Shown piece by piece: positions 51,136 through 64,000 of a stretch of 64,000 nt of DNA (within the stretch, counting starts at the first letter, position 1; every line of letters starts with the position of its first letter). The position numbers and the translations under genes are program-made. Origin of the DNA: Raillietiella orientalis (taxonomy: Eukaryota); contig JAYWIR010000034.1 in the NCBI GenBank assembly GCA_036172245.1, forward strand, positions 1,922,001 to 1,986,000, given 5' to 3'. The notes beneath the pieces were generated by a model. It saw only the letters and a list, made by a program, of their open reading frames with translations. It had not been told where the DNA came from and did no database searches.

Positions 51136-51450
51136 CTAGCCGTTCCCTTTTTCCCACTTATTCCTCCAGCACGCATCTCTGCTCAGATTACGTTTCCCCA
51201 TCCAGAAATCCCTAAATTTATCGCTGTACGGCACGCCAAGGAGCGTGCCGAGGGAAATCCTCACTGAAGCAACGGGAGTTGGTGGGAGACGGACATTCGG
51301 ATGCTCAAACTGCTGATACCAGACTTGAAAATTCGTTGACAGGAGCAGACCACAAATCGATTTCGCCACGGTAAAGGCTGGAGGCGAAGCATCCATCCAC
51401 TGGCTGTTAAGCACCAACTGCTTTACTCCAAGCAGTGCATACGGTAAAAA
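51136..51450 (-). mobile_element. Separate LINE ORF2 fragment (post-RT LGV region)
   Basis: The ORF contains TLLGVPYSDKFRDFW, resembling the YLGV..W segment that follows L1/Tx1 RT. It is out of order relative to the adjacent element, so probably a separate insertion. Confidence 0.3.
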
Positions 51451-54199
51451 AGACCATGGTAAGGGTAAAACAGACCATGGTAAGCCTCTGGGGATGAGTG
51501 TTGCGAAATGTACCAGAAAACGAAAAATTTGCGCATACGCATGCGTTGCAACGAAGGGAGTTGGAGACACATTCACAATCAGTTATTGCAGTCGAATGTT
51601 GAATTTATTTCAAACTAGCGACGTCTCTCCATTTCTCATTCGGTCGCGCCGGGGACGACGTCTTGAGACTGACCTCATGATGAAAGCAATCGCATGCTGG
51701 ACCGAAAATTTCCGAAGAACGCGAAACCGACGTGAGAGCAACACGCGGCAAAGAAGCAGCACGTCGAATATTGGCGCCATCACTGCAAAGTCTCGAAAAT
51801 GACTTTTTCCTTTCTGCTATGTGAACTGCGTCACCTCGAAATGCAGTTATTGCTTGCTTAAGTAATTCACCTCGAACCTTTTCCAACTGGATGCAACCCG
51901 AGGTGGAACTCGTGTCCACCTGCAAGTAGTGTATTCATTCGGTCACGTGCAAATGAAAACGATACCTGCAGGCAACGCGATTCGGATCAGAACACGGTCG
52001 TGCCATGTGATCCAGACGTATTTCCTAACAAAACCCAAAACGTATGGGATGGTATGTAAGTGTTGTCACACGGATTGGCGAGGGGGGGGGTGAAATGAAA
52101 TGTTCCAGCACACGCATTCATACAAAGATGCAATCTTGGGATTTCATAATAAAACGAGCGATAAGCAAGGGAGTTCCTGAGCAAAACAGGAAAATTATCG
52201 AAGCGCGCTTCGATATGTTTCCAGTCTCGTTCACGGACTCGCGAAAGGTAGACTTTGAAAAAGGGTGATGCTCGAAGAACGGGAGATGGATAATGCTAAC
52301 GGGCTAATCTCACCGCTAACGATCGCGTACCTAACCAGAGCATAAGGTGCGACGTGTCTGCATTCATGAGATGGCGGAGGATTTGTGCAAAAGATCCCAC
52401 TGCACGCTGCAAAAGGTTTTCGAAGACAAGATGGACACGTGAGCGCGTGTGAGTAATAACAGCACATTTGGAAGGCTTCGCGAGTACGTGAAAAGGTCAT
52501 GGAAGCTGCATCTGTCACATGCGGATTCGTTCTGCGAGTACGCAGTGACATTTCGGCGGCAGTCCCATCGGTTCACGGGAATCTCTTCAGCTACTCCGTT
52601 GATCTGTTTTCGTCAAGCTACGTTATCGATGTGTAACATCATCACATTGCTTCACCTTCTCCAACAAGGAGAGAGAGAGAAAAAACACACACACACACAC
52701 ACGAGGTGAAACGGGAAACGCTCTGCACGTTTTCTTTGGTGCACACGGCCCGGGACTACTCGGGCTGGGTAACAAATTGTATTCAAATCGAAGCACAAAA
52801 CTAAAGGACCAGAGCTTTCGAAAACAATTAACTTCTGCAGCCCACATGGAGAAGTTTTCGTGATTTCCTGAACTGGAAGTGGGCCCCAACACTTTTTCCC
52901 TGAATTTTGCCGATTGCTTCGCCCATTATGCTTAGGATGCATCCACCGATTTCAACACTCCATGAAATCGTGGAGTCCGAGTGCCCACATCAGCACGCTT
53001 TATTAGGAAACACAAAGAAACCTACATAAAATGCATTCCGTACATCAATTCTGTGTTTACCTATTATTTGTCGCATGCAAGGCTTACACGTAAACATCGT
53101 CTATTACGAGCCTAAAAACTGGCGTAAAAACAAAAAACAAACAACCTAATACAGTGTTTTACTCCGATGAGACAGAATGGTGTTTAACGTACAGAAGCTA
53201 TACAGCCGATTGAAAGGTGGTACAGCATCGTTCTGCAATTCCATTCTATACGAGAAATCCCGGTGGTCAGAATCCCAGCCTCACGATTGCGTCCAAGTAC
53301 CCACGCGTGCAGCCACATCGCGAAAGACGTTGTTTTTGTTAATCAGCACGTCGTTTCCCTTTTTTGCGTTGCTTCTCACGGCTTCAGAAGAGTTCGTTCC
53401 CCCCCAAGCTGTGCGCTCTTTTCCTTCCGCTTGGGCTTTTGAAACGGATCATCCGTTTCTTTAACCTCTCCTTTCGAAACAGTCAGTTGGGAAACCTTGT
53501 AGTCAGGAAACGTATAAAGGAAGGAAGGCAGCCATCTTCACAAACACAGATCCTAGGCGCATCTGTTCCGTCAGCACGATTTCACTGCCTGGAGCACACA
53601 TTCCTGTTCCGGCGGTGCACACTACCTCATGAAACCCAGAGCTTCGTTGATTCGTGCACAGTGTTCAGTTTCTAAAGGGAGAGTCACGCGTTGAACGCAG
53701 AGCCTTCTGCTGGTCTAACAGCCAAACAAATGATGCGAGCATTTCATTACCATCCCACAATTACACGATCGCATGAAACTTTTAAACACGCATCCCGTAC
53801 GTACAGGCTATTCTACATGACCTCAGCAACCTCACGCGAAACACAAATTTCAGCACAATCGTACGAAAGAACGATCGCACCTCGTTCTCGAACGATACGC
53901 CAACTGTACAGGATCCAGGGAATGGCGTTACACGAAAACGGACACCGTACAATGACACAACAAAAACATGAAGGAAAAAAAAAAAAACACGCGCACACAA
54001 CCGCCAGCATGCAATTTTAACAAGTCAGAAACGTAAACACTGAAATACTGGAGGGAGGTTGATTGCCACCCTGAAAAAACCACCCGAAGCGGGAGATATC
54101 CACTATTATTTTCGAAACAGGCCCTGAAGTTGCACTCAATCGGATGCCGATTTATTGCTTTCTGAATTTGCATTTTTCCTATCGTGAACTTTGTAACCA

Positions 54200-54430
54200 C
54201 GTAATCTGGAAAGAAGTGATGCTCCCTTCGCAAGAACTCGGGCCATCCTGCAATGTCCGCTCATGATCTCTTTCACGCTTAAAACTTGAAAGAATTCATC
54301 ACCCTGCAGATGAACGACTGGTGCTAAAAGGGTGATGATCCCCACGCCCATTGCAGCGCTCTCCGAGGCCCAAGGAAGGCCTGGAAATACGTTTGCCGGA
54401 CCCTTTAATAATAATAAGAAGAAGAATAAA
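54200..54430 (+). mobile_element. Possible short 3' end of an RTE-like LINE/SINE
   Basis: RKAWK-encoding segment followed by a taataataataagaagaagaataaa tail. Confidence 0.22.
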
Positions 54431-57400
54431 ATGGAATGGTAAACAAACTTTTATTTCAACGGTGCTTTTGGTTGAAAGTTAAATTGTGCTCCTCTGGCGG
54501 GAAGCTGGAAGGACTGGGATCGGGGAAATGAACCGGTCAATGTACAAAGGGCTCCTGAATTACATGATTCGATAATGGAGCTTAAGGTAAAATCGTTACT
54601 CTTCAACAGTCATCCCAGAAACAACAGCTCATCTCATTTTCAGAATTTAAGGTCCGCTGACTCTGCAAACCTGCAGAAATGGCGCACGTCCTTCACAAGA
54701 AACCCAACTTCTCTTTTGTACCTGATCAAGTTAACGACCGCTTCCGAGATGTTGGCAGAACGGAAGCCGACGCGCTGCCCGTTTTTTCCCATCGACTTTG
54801 AATCCGTGGATGTGGACATTCACCGACAAACCACCGAACTCGACGCAGCGAGGATCGTTCAACCACTATTTCCCACGCGTGGAGGGGGGTGAGTGCGCTT
54901 TACCACGTGTTTTGTGAGGGGAAAATGGCGAGAGGAAAACGTCGGAAAGCCAAATCCTGTCTTCCAAAAGGTTCCTTTTCCAGCATGAAACGCATCCAAC
55001 ACACAGAAGACACTGATTCAAATCCAGGAACGTGAACCACGAACACCACACCACCGTCGCGACTACTCCCGATTTCGACAAATTAGCAAGCAAGCAGCCA
55101 CAAGGGAAGGGGGTGAGGGGAAATCAGTAAGCGATTTATACATATACATACTACGATCTTTTTGAAAATCTGCAAAGCGCTGCTGCGTGATTTCAAGTAC
55201 GAGTTCCCCTTGGCACAAACACACACCGTCGTACACGAACCCTGTGAATGCTGTTCATATTCTAAGGAGGAACACTTGGTCGTAATTATTTTAGAAAAAG
55301 CTACGGGCTTCGTTCTCAGGCAAAATTCGAGAATGAAGACAAAACAAAAAAAAAAGTCGTATTTGACGAGGGAAAGGCGGTCACTTTTACGCCAGTCCAA
55401 AGCACTCAAGCTCTTTGGTCATGAATTCGCCGTAAGGCGATGCTACACGAGAAGCATTCCATTCATTGAACTGCATTCAAACTACTTTCTAAAATCGCCA
55501 CAGCTGGAAAGGCTACCAGAAGTCAAATCGAGGAACCTTTCCACCTTGTTCCTTTTTCTGTTTTTTTCTTTTTTCAAGCAGAGAGAGGAAAACAAAAAAA
55601 CAAAAAAGGGAGGAAAGAAAGAAAAGTGTACTCACATGCAGGGGCTTCTCCGCTCTTGCTCACAATACGGAATGGCCGATAAGTTCCCGAACATGAATCC
55701 ATGTTCGCAACGCAGATTTACAACAGATCAAATCTCTAGCACTGCCTACTTTTTATGCACCTATTCCCACACATCTTTGCAAGACTGGAAAATTTCAATT
55801 ACTAAAGAGAAAACCGAGTTGTTGTAAGATAAAATCTCCTCTGAACAAGTAGCGGTCGATTACTAGGGGTGGCATCGGTCCAGGATCTCAAATACAAATA
55901 TAACAGAAAATGATGCTTCAATGAAACAGCAGTGGTAAGAACGATGGATGAGACGGTGCAAGGACCTGATTCACAAACACATCACTGAAATCTGGTGTTA
56001 GGCTGCTTGTTCAACACGCTAAGAGGATGCACGATGCACGCTACAACTTAAGTTGGGTTACACAGTATCAGATGATCAGGAGTAATTAATATCCTTGAGT
56101 ATAGGAAAGAAAAAAAGGGAACCAAGCTCCAAAATACGATCCACATCTTTACGAAAAACAAATCGAAAAATGGGGGGGGGGGAGGGAAGGAAAAAAAAGA
56201 AAAAAAAAACTACAACATTCGGAAAATTTTTAAATGTGCCTTACTAAATGCACAGGTATGCAAATCATCTTTTCGCAAATGCAAATCCGCATTCGTTATA
56301 CCGCGAGTACAGAGAGCTCATGCACATACGTGACAGTATACACGCGGCGACTCACGTGCATACAGAACACTCACTTTTACTTAAAAGTTCATCGAACTAG
56401 GATGGATGTTTAGTTTTCTGTTTTTGGGCACACACGATAAATCTTTTGAAAACATGCAGCTTATTGCAAAGCTTTTTTATTGGATGAATGGATTTGGAAA
56501 CCTCTTGAAGAATCATATGGAACATTTCTTCCTATTACAGTCAAGTTGACATGTCCATAGTTACCTCGTGCTCTCCCGTGCAATGACATGAAAAACAAAT
56601 TGCACTTCTACAGCATCTTCAGTTCCAAGTATTCGATTAATAAACTCAAAGTGCACGATGCCTAGAGAGGGGCAAAAATATACTAAGAGACATGTCGAAA
56701 GCTCGAGTGGTAATCTGGAACCCCATGCATGTGGCATAAGCTTTTTTGTGTGTGTGTTTATTGCAAATGTACCGAGGACGATCGTTTTGATATAAAAGAA
56801 ACTTTTCCACAAGACTTCTTTTACAAACTTGAAATAATAAACAATTTTCACCTCAAGGATTTCTAAGCAACTTTCTGATAATACACTGACGAACACGAAC
56901 ATGTTTTTTTCTTTTTTTTTATCGTGCTGACACTTGTGGCTCTATTCATTCCTTTCTGATGTAAAAAAATTTCAATTTTCGATTCCGATGTGGTAAACAT
57001 TACGAATGATCGCGCCGAAACCTTTCCTCCTCAGCCAGGCTTATAATCCAAGAGCAGGCGTGTAGCAGTTCTTAGCCAATGGGACGATACCGGAATGGAC
57101 TGTCCAGTCCTTGTTAATGAAAGGCTTTCAAGCAAACAAATTGATGAAATGTGAATTGGCATTTGCTGTGCACCACGGATACGAGAGGTGAACACTCGAT
57201 GAAAGCAGACGGCGATGCAAACCGAACTGCACCAAGTAAACGGACGAGTTGCATCCAACACGCATCATGCGATGACCGCGTCCTGGGGATCACAGATGAA
57301 AAACCCGCATCAGAAGGAGACGACATACGAGATGAAACGAAAGAGACAACTGCTATCTAGCGTTCGTGAGTATGCGTTTCCAAATCAAGCGAGAGGGATG

Positions 57401-60400
57401 CTGCAGGGTAGAAGGAAATCGAAGCCAATGCACACAACCGGAAAAATATCAAACCCAGTTTGGGAGAATAACCAAACTTGAAAGGAAGAAAGAAAAACTG
57501 GCATGATGTGAAGTGAGAAGGAAACACCAGTCAGTGATGGGGAAGCACCAAAGTTGATCAAAGCCCTCGCTGGAAAGACTGAATTCTGTGTGGTGCAACT
57601 CACTGGAAACCGCTGGACGTAAAGTCGCAAAATACAACCCAATCATACAAGCCAGATACTTGAACAGTTAACGCCTATTTTGTTTCAGAAATTTTCATAA
57701 TTCCGTTATTTCAAGATGGTATGTGGGGGGGGGGGGATCAACGATGATGACAGACCGTTGATTATCCCCAAGGCTGCGAGAACCACTGGATGCAAGCGAC
57801 TGCAGCTCACCCGTGCTGCTGCCATGTCCAATCCGCGCACAAACCCAAGACGAAATGACTGAAGGACAGCTGACGTCGCGAATCCTCTGACTGGTAAATT
57901 CGTGCTGAACGAATTTCCCGGGGTTTCCGAATGGTTGACCCATTTTATCTCTACGTGTGCCTGAGGACCCGCTCTGAGAGTCATCTTAAAATTTCCGACG
58001 CGATTCAGCTGCCAAAATGTGAATCCTCCCTTACACAAAGTACAATCGTCAAAGACCTGATACGTGAACTGTCTGCTTCGAATCTTCGTCCTTGGTTTCT
58101 TGAGACTTGTAACCATTTCACAATTATTCAATGAAGAATTGGAAAGACAGTGTCCACATTCTCTGAGATCGAAGATTCCATCGATTATTTTTCTTTCTTT
58201 TTACTGATACACTTAGTTCCTCAGAAACACTTTGTGCCATTGATCAAGTCAACTCACTATACTTTCATTAGGACGCACTTTGTTGGAACCATTTTGATGG
58301 AAGCCTCCAAACGAAACAGCTCTAGGCACCCTTCATCCTCAAGGGGAAGGGTTTTCAGGAATAAGCAGATTTTCTCCATAACCAGCCACACTTATTCCTG
58401 AATGCTAGCTGGACAGCTAAATGATGAATACAACGAACTCGAAGCTGTTGAATGCAACACCACAAATAAAGTAACACAGGCAAAATAAAAAAAACTTCTT
58501 ATTAAGAACATCAGTGAGGTTTTTTAGCTACAAATAGGAGACGCCTGGTTTACTCTGATACATGCGAGAAAGTCTACTTCTTCGGATTCTTTCGAGACAG
58601 TGGCTGACAGAGTGGGTGATGCCGATTTTTCTATCTCGTTCTACATGGAAACAGAATTCAGGAACAACGTTACAAAGTTTCAACATAGCAAAAGAATAAA
58701 TACACGTTAAAAATGCACAAACAATTTTTATTTGCTGACTGAGCCACACTGCATGATTGATGTATACAATGTATCCACCCAAACCTTTTTGCAGAAAAAA
58801 AAATCCCGTTGGCACGTATACCGAAGTCCATTGAAAGAAACATTTCTAATATTGCAAATTTTTATTCCCTGAACAAATATAACGGCGGGAACAGTTACAC
58901 TATGAGAACTGTGGCGCTAAATTGATCTATTTAAGCTATATCATCTACAAAGCAATAGTCGGGGAGGGGGGGGGGGGAATAAAATAAAATAAAAGGGAGA
59001 AGGGGTGAAGCGCACAAGCATGTTCCCAAGACACAGTAAAAGAAAGAAAAAAAAAAGTGCTGCACTGAAACTGTAACATGAAACTGGATGTAATGGCATT
59101 TGCAAGTCCCACAGTTCGCATAAAGTACAAAGAAGACTAGCCCACGGCCCAGTGATATTTACTACACAGAGAAATACTTATCGGTGCCCTTTTCTCCTAT
59201 TCTGAGGAATCATTGCTTAAAAGCTTTTTATTGGTGAGAATATTTAACCATCAGAATTGTGCCAACGGCAGTAAACACGAATCTCTACACAGGTACATGA
59301 TCGCATTGTGAAGATTATTTCCTTCAGGTCCGGTGACGTGGGCAAATCATACCGAATTGATGCACCTTATCACCTGCAAACCTTGTTCAAGTAACTGACA
59401 CATATCTCTGAAACTCTTTCAGCCACGTACACCGAGGAACAGCAAAGCAATGACTCACTAAAATTCTCAAGTGCAGACTTTTCTGAACTTGTTGAGATAA
59501 CATGGAGTTTTGTTAAGCCCTATTAAGAAACACTTCCGGGGGAGGAAATCCACTATTGGGTGAAGACTAAAAAAAACTGCAACTGAAAACCACTCTTTCA
59601 ACACATTTCGAATCCGAAACGTTATGTTTCCAACGGAACGTTACCATAAATGAGCTTATTCCGATCAATTTGAAAGAATTCGAAACCTTCACGTGCAATT
59701 CCATTATTCACCCAATCGCTGTAACCCGATGAATCACAAAAGCATTCAGAATTTCAATCTGAAGAAAAAAAGGATTCACTGCCAGAGCTGTATAAAGAAA
59801 TCCTAATGACAGCTGCATCGAACCCAAAGATGATCAACAACTGAGTGATCACCTCGTTGGTGAAATTGCTCACCAATGATTGTTTCTTTGTGTTAACAGA
59901 ACTTCTCAAGATTGCATTCTAAGAAATCCAATTACTACTTTAGAGTTTCCCACTGTGTAAAATATGATTCCACAGCTTTTCAAATGCAAACAAAACACAT
60001 GGGCACGAAAAAACTGATAGAACATGTACAGGTGATGGATTTAGTTACAAAGCACTCTGTCTGAAGAACTGAAGAGAATGAAGAGCTCGGTTTTTTCTCC
60101 TGGTTATTTGAAATGATTCTAAATATCCTCGAATGGAACATGCCAACCAAAAGATCCACTCAATTAATATCACGTGAATTTTTGGCCACAAAATTACCAC
60201 ATTCTTATGAATATATGGAACACCAATTTGTCATTTTTCTGACACATTTCTATCAAAATTGCAAATGGCATTGAAAACCTATTAAAATTAAGTAGGCTTC
60301 TCCATGAGCTCACATTTATGAAAATAATGGTATCAGAATGACTTCAAGAAAACCAAGACACATCCTACTCGGCTATTATTAGCATCAATAATGAATGACT

Positions 60401-61874
60401 GGCATTATATTCAGGTCCATTATGAAATATTCACAAACAATTATTTCCATGAGGAAGCTGATCCCAGATGACAATCCATTTTTTGGAATTTTGGATAGTC
60501 ATGGATAACGCACATTGCAACACTACATTGTGATGCATGCTTAATGATGAATCAAAATATTCAGGACATTTTCATGATTAATGACAATATCCAGAATAAT
60601 AGAGACTAGTAGAGACTAATAGAGACTTACATACATCAATGTCTTCAAGCAGACCACATGATAAAGAAAACTATAATGCATTTATCCATTAAATAAACAT
60701 ACATGTCCCATGAGAATACCAAAATATGACAATATTCATTTGATATGTTTTTCATGATCTCAATGAAGTTTAATAAATGCAACAAGGTAAATACATTAAA
60801 AAATGTCATTGTAACATGGTATATGTGTGCGGTCCTGATTCTCAATTCTGAAAATATGCTTATTTTCAAGAGTTGTTAAACAACCTAAAATGCCTATACA
60901 TCACATATTCAATTTTTATATGGAATCAAGGAGAACTGGGAAGTACGGGTTTGGTGATGAGTCTCACATCAATTTGCTACCTATCCCCCTAATCTTGATT
61001 AAATACTACTTCCTTCATACTAAACTCAACATTCTGGTATCAGTAATTCATCATGTGTCAAGACTTCAACAATTCGCCCCAGATGTATCTATCAACTATC
61101 ATGTTTGAAGCAATCAGTCTACCGAACGCAATAAGTATCTGCATCATTGCTTCTTTTTAGATACCTACTCATTTTTGGTGTAAAAGAAATGCAACAAATT
61201 CTCTCCATTCAAACACAGAATGAAGGTATATGTTGGAAAACCATGCAAAACTGGCACTTTTATAAGCTTCATCTCATCATTGCAATGAAATTTTTTTGTG
61301 TGTTTACTGAAATGGATTACACATTTTTGCTTTACAAAAAAAAATTGCAAAAGAAATGATAACGAAAAAAAAAAACATACACGATACGTCACACAGCACA
61401 AGTGATCACGAAATCATCGTAAAACTAATGTAATATGTATTCCCTAATTAAACACGTAACTTACCTAAGGATACTCTTGCTCTTTCTGACATATTGCTCT
61501 ATAGGCACATATAATCTACGGATTACAACACTGGCTGTTTCTTTTGAACACGTCCAATGCATTCACAAGTAGCATCTCGATCCACTTTTGCTACATTCAC
61601 TGCAATTAAAACCAACCTCAGGCTTTTCCAAAGTTTATTCTTTAAGCCGTTTTCGAATCTGTATTTCTGTTTTGCTACCACAGGTGTTTATAATTTGGGG
61701 CGCTCGCGTTTCGTTTCCACTTTTGGTAGGTTTGACGAACCGGTTTCAGCAGCCCTACCAGTGCCTCCACACGCTGCCGGAATTATCCAGTTTACACTGT
61801 CCAGTCCTTGATTCCAGATAAAAATTCAATACGTGATGCATGGGCATTTTAGGTTTACTTGAAAATAAATATAT

Positions 61875-63024
61875 TTGCAGAATTGAGGACCAGAATAGCC
61901 TCTAAGGAGTAGTTGCGGTGATTTCTATGTCTAAGGCCGTACGCAGCGCACAGGGCGTACTCGTTATTGAACTCGAGAGGCCTGATGACTGCACTGGTCG
62001 ACGGAGTTGGTAAATGGTCCACCATCAACCCGACGTGGCGACGGAAACAACAACTGATAAAAAGACAAAACCTGAAGATCATCCCAAAAAGCAAAGAACT
62101 CTGACAGGAGGAATCCACCCTGGTTATCTCGTGGATGCTCCCCGTGCAGGATGACACGAGGAGATGGATACACCAGCCATCCGGAGTTTGCTTGATACTG
62201 AATCATGGACAAGACAAAGACACTTGCATCATTCTCGGGTACTTCGTTATGTCGAAAGGATCTCCGGCAGCTTCACACTCAGGACCCGCGAAGTGTGGAA
62301 GAACCACCGCGACTTCGCGTGGTCCAGGGTAACGAAGAAGAACATTCGCCAACCAATAGACGAAGAACAAGACACCAGCGCCCTCTAAGATGCCGCCGAC
62401 CGTTGCGCTAGTAGTGGATTTAATCCACTAGCGATTGGGACGGTGCTCTGAAGGAGTGATTTACCACCGGACACTCAGGATAACCTCCTCATGTTCTTCC
62501 ATGGAGGCATCCTGAGTGGTTCCAGGATGAAGCTCTTCACAGGAAGAAGAGAGGAAGAAATCTGCAGAGCATGTGAAGGAATCGATACAACACGTCACGT
62601 GCTGACCTGCCCCACATTGCAAGCCAAGTGGAATTCCCTAAAAAGGGTCATCGGGCTGTCCAATGCCTCGACCATGGAGGTCTTAGCAGGGATGTTCCAG
62701 GGAACTGGAACGGTTCCCCGCTATAACCCCATGGTAAGAGTGACCATCGCCCTTTTCATCATCGCCATTATTGTGCGGTGGTGGAAGATGAGGACCACGA
62801 GGACCACCATATCTCCCCTGGACATCCTGAAAGTGCTCATCCAGAGGGAGATCGGCATCAGAAACTGCGGACGAGTGCAGGCCTGGAACTACCGACACAT
62901 CCAGAGAAGGATTGGAGGAAGCACCTAGGCTCAAACGACAGCCAGGTAATTAAGTGCAGTGAACTCTTCAGAGGCCCAAAGAAGCAGACTTCAAGTGAAC
63001 ACCATGAAATTGTAGTATGAATGA
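61875..63024 (+). mobile_element. 5'-truncated L1/Tx1-like retrotransposon (C-terminal ORF2 with zf-RVT)
   Basis: RSDLPPDTQDNLLMFFHGGILSGSRMKLF...CRACEGIDTTRHVLTCPTLQAKW...WWKMR in and just before ORF 62491..62928; the upstream frame is broken by a few stops. AATAAA near the 3' end. Flanked by the direct repeat GAAAATAAAT at 61861-61870 and 63025-63034. Confidence 0.75.
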
Positions 63025-64000
63025 GAAAATAAATTTATCCCACCCCTTGTGGGACTTGGGGAAACGTGATTTCTATGTCTATTTCATCATTTTCAAGATA
63101 TGTGCTTTGTTAAGGCAGTGTCTTGTAATGTTTCGTATCGAGCATTGTGTGGTACCTCTTCAGCTGCATGCATTCTGTTGTACTGGACATTACATTGTGC
63201 TGTCTTATAGTTTGGTATTTAGGATTATGAAGTTCTCATGTTCTCACTACACAGGGGCTTCTGGGCTACGTGCCTTCCCTCTCCAGTTGTTGCATGTGAG
63301 CAGATTTCAGTCCAAAGCAAATCGAAGCTGGGTGCAGCAAAGTTTAAGTGAAGCTGATTCCCGTGCTATAAAAGTGTTGAACTCTTTTCGTATCAATGGT
63401 TGCAGAAGCCCGATCTCTACAACCAGAGATTATTGACCATGGAAGCTGCTTTCCTCCTATCGAAGTTGGCTTTGTATGATACTCTGCACAAGTTGGATGC
63501 TAGATAGAGAAGAAACTTGTTTGGAAGCACTGGGTATTCTCACCTGCAGTAATTAGCATATTATTGAGCAAATAGATGCAATTAAAATAATCTGACTTCT
63601 ATCCATTACTGGCAAAACAAAGAAATGCAAAAGAAAAGTTCGAAATGAACTCATATTCCATGGTACAACAAACCGAAAAGCAAACTTGAAGATAAGGAGA
63701 GGCGTTCGGGTTTCCATAAGTGAAAATTTTATCAAACTATATGGTGCTTACAATATACTTTTTCTAAAATAGACCGTATAGTTTTTCTTTTTTTAAAAAA
63801 AAAAGGTATTGACTTGGGGAAAACTGAGGCAAATGAAACAAAACGTAATGTTACTACTACTAATTCATAAAAGCTGAGCATTCAAAAGATGACGTGGATC
63901 TCTGAGTTCGGAAAAAGGAACTGTGTGGACTGAAAATGTGTTGCAAGAAAGGACAGAGCATAGAGTTCTCAGGCATCTTTATAATATTCTCGAGAATACC

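Noticed and set aside
51443..51484. Tandem 21-mer (ggtaaaa[a/c]agaccatggtaag x2); similar short duplications near 23880, 32977 and 60600
   Set aside because: Two or three adjacent copies without spacers indicate local slippage duplications, not a CRISPR-like or regulatory array.
62411..62429. Near-perfect palindrome tagtggatt-t-aatccacta
   Set aside because: Short and isolated inside a retroelement fragment, with no partner or transposon-end context.
1..64000. rRNA, intact tRNA, telomeric arrays, CRISPR arrays, operon-like prokaryotic genes
   Set aside because: None recognised on either strand by eye. A covariance-model scan would be needed to exclude small ncRNAs.

Overview
Eukaryotic (metazoan, probably ecdysozoan; this is inference) genomic DNA with no prokaryotic features. 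Two spliced protein-coding genes are well supported and face each other. One is a KChIP/neuronal-calcium-sensor gene (+, 6871..8463, 6 exons). The other is a paxillin gene (-, coding exons from 35666 to 28053, first exon not securely located) with two alternative 3' ends giving 4-LIM or 3-LIM (PDLP-like) proteins. Most of the rest is a dense graveyard of degenerate non-LTR retrotransposons. Several are L1/Tx1-like, recognised by eye from collinear remnants of zinc-knuckle, AP-endonuclease, RT and zf-RVT motifs. The most striking large-scale structure is the alternation between very GC-rich, CpG-rich domains (about 6-31 kb and 44.5-50.5 kb) and AT-rich flanks. Inside the GC domains the retroelements are scrambled and GC-shifted, and paxillin codon usage shifts along the gene. 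Both genes have very short introns, several of them 3n and stop-free, and both encode proteins with degenerate ligand-binding motifs. All homology calls come from motif recognition by eye, not database searches. I did not find a clearly new multi-gene system; the GC-domain effect is the best lead.
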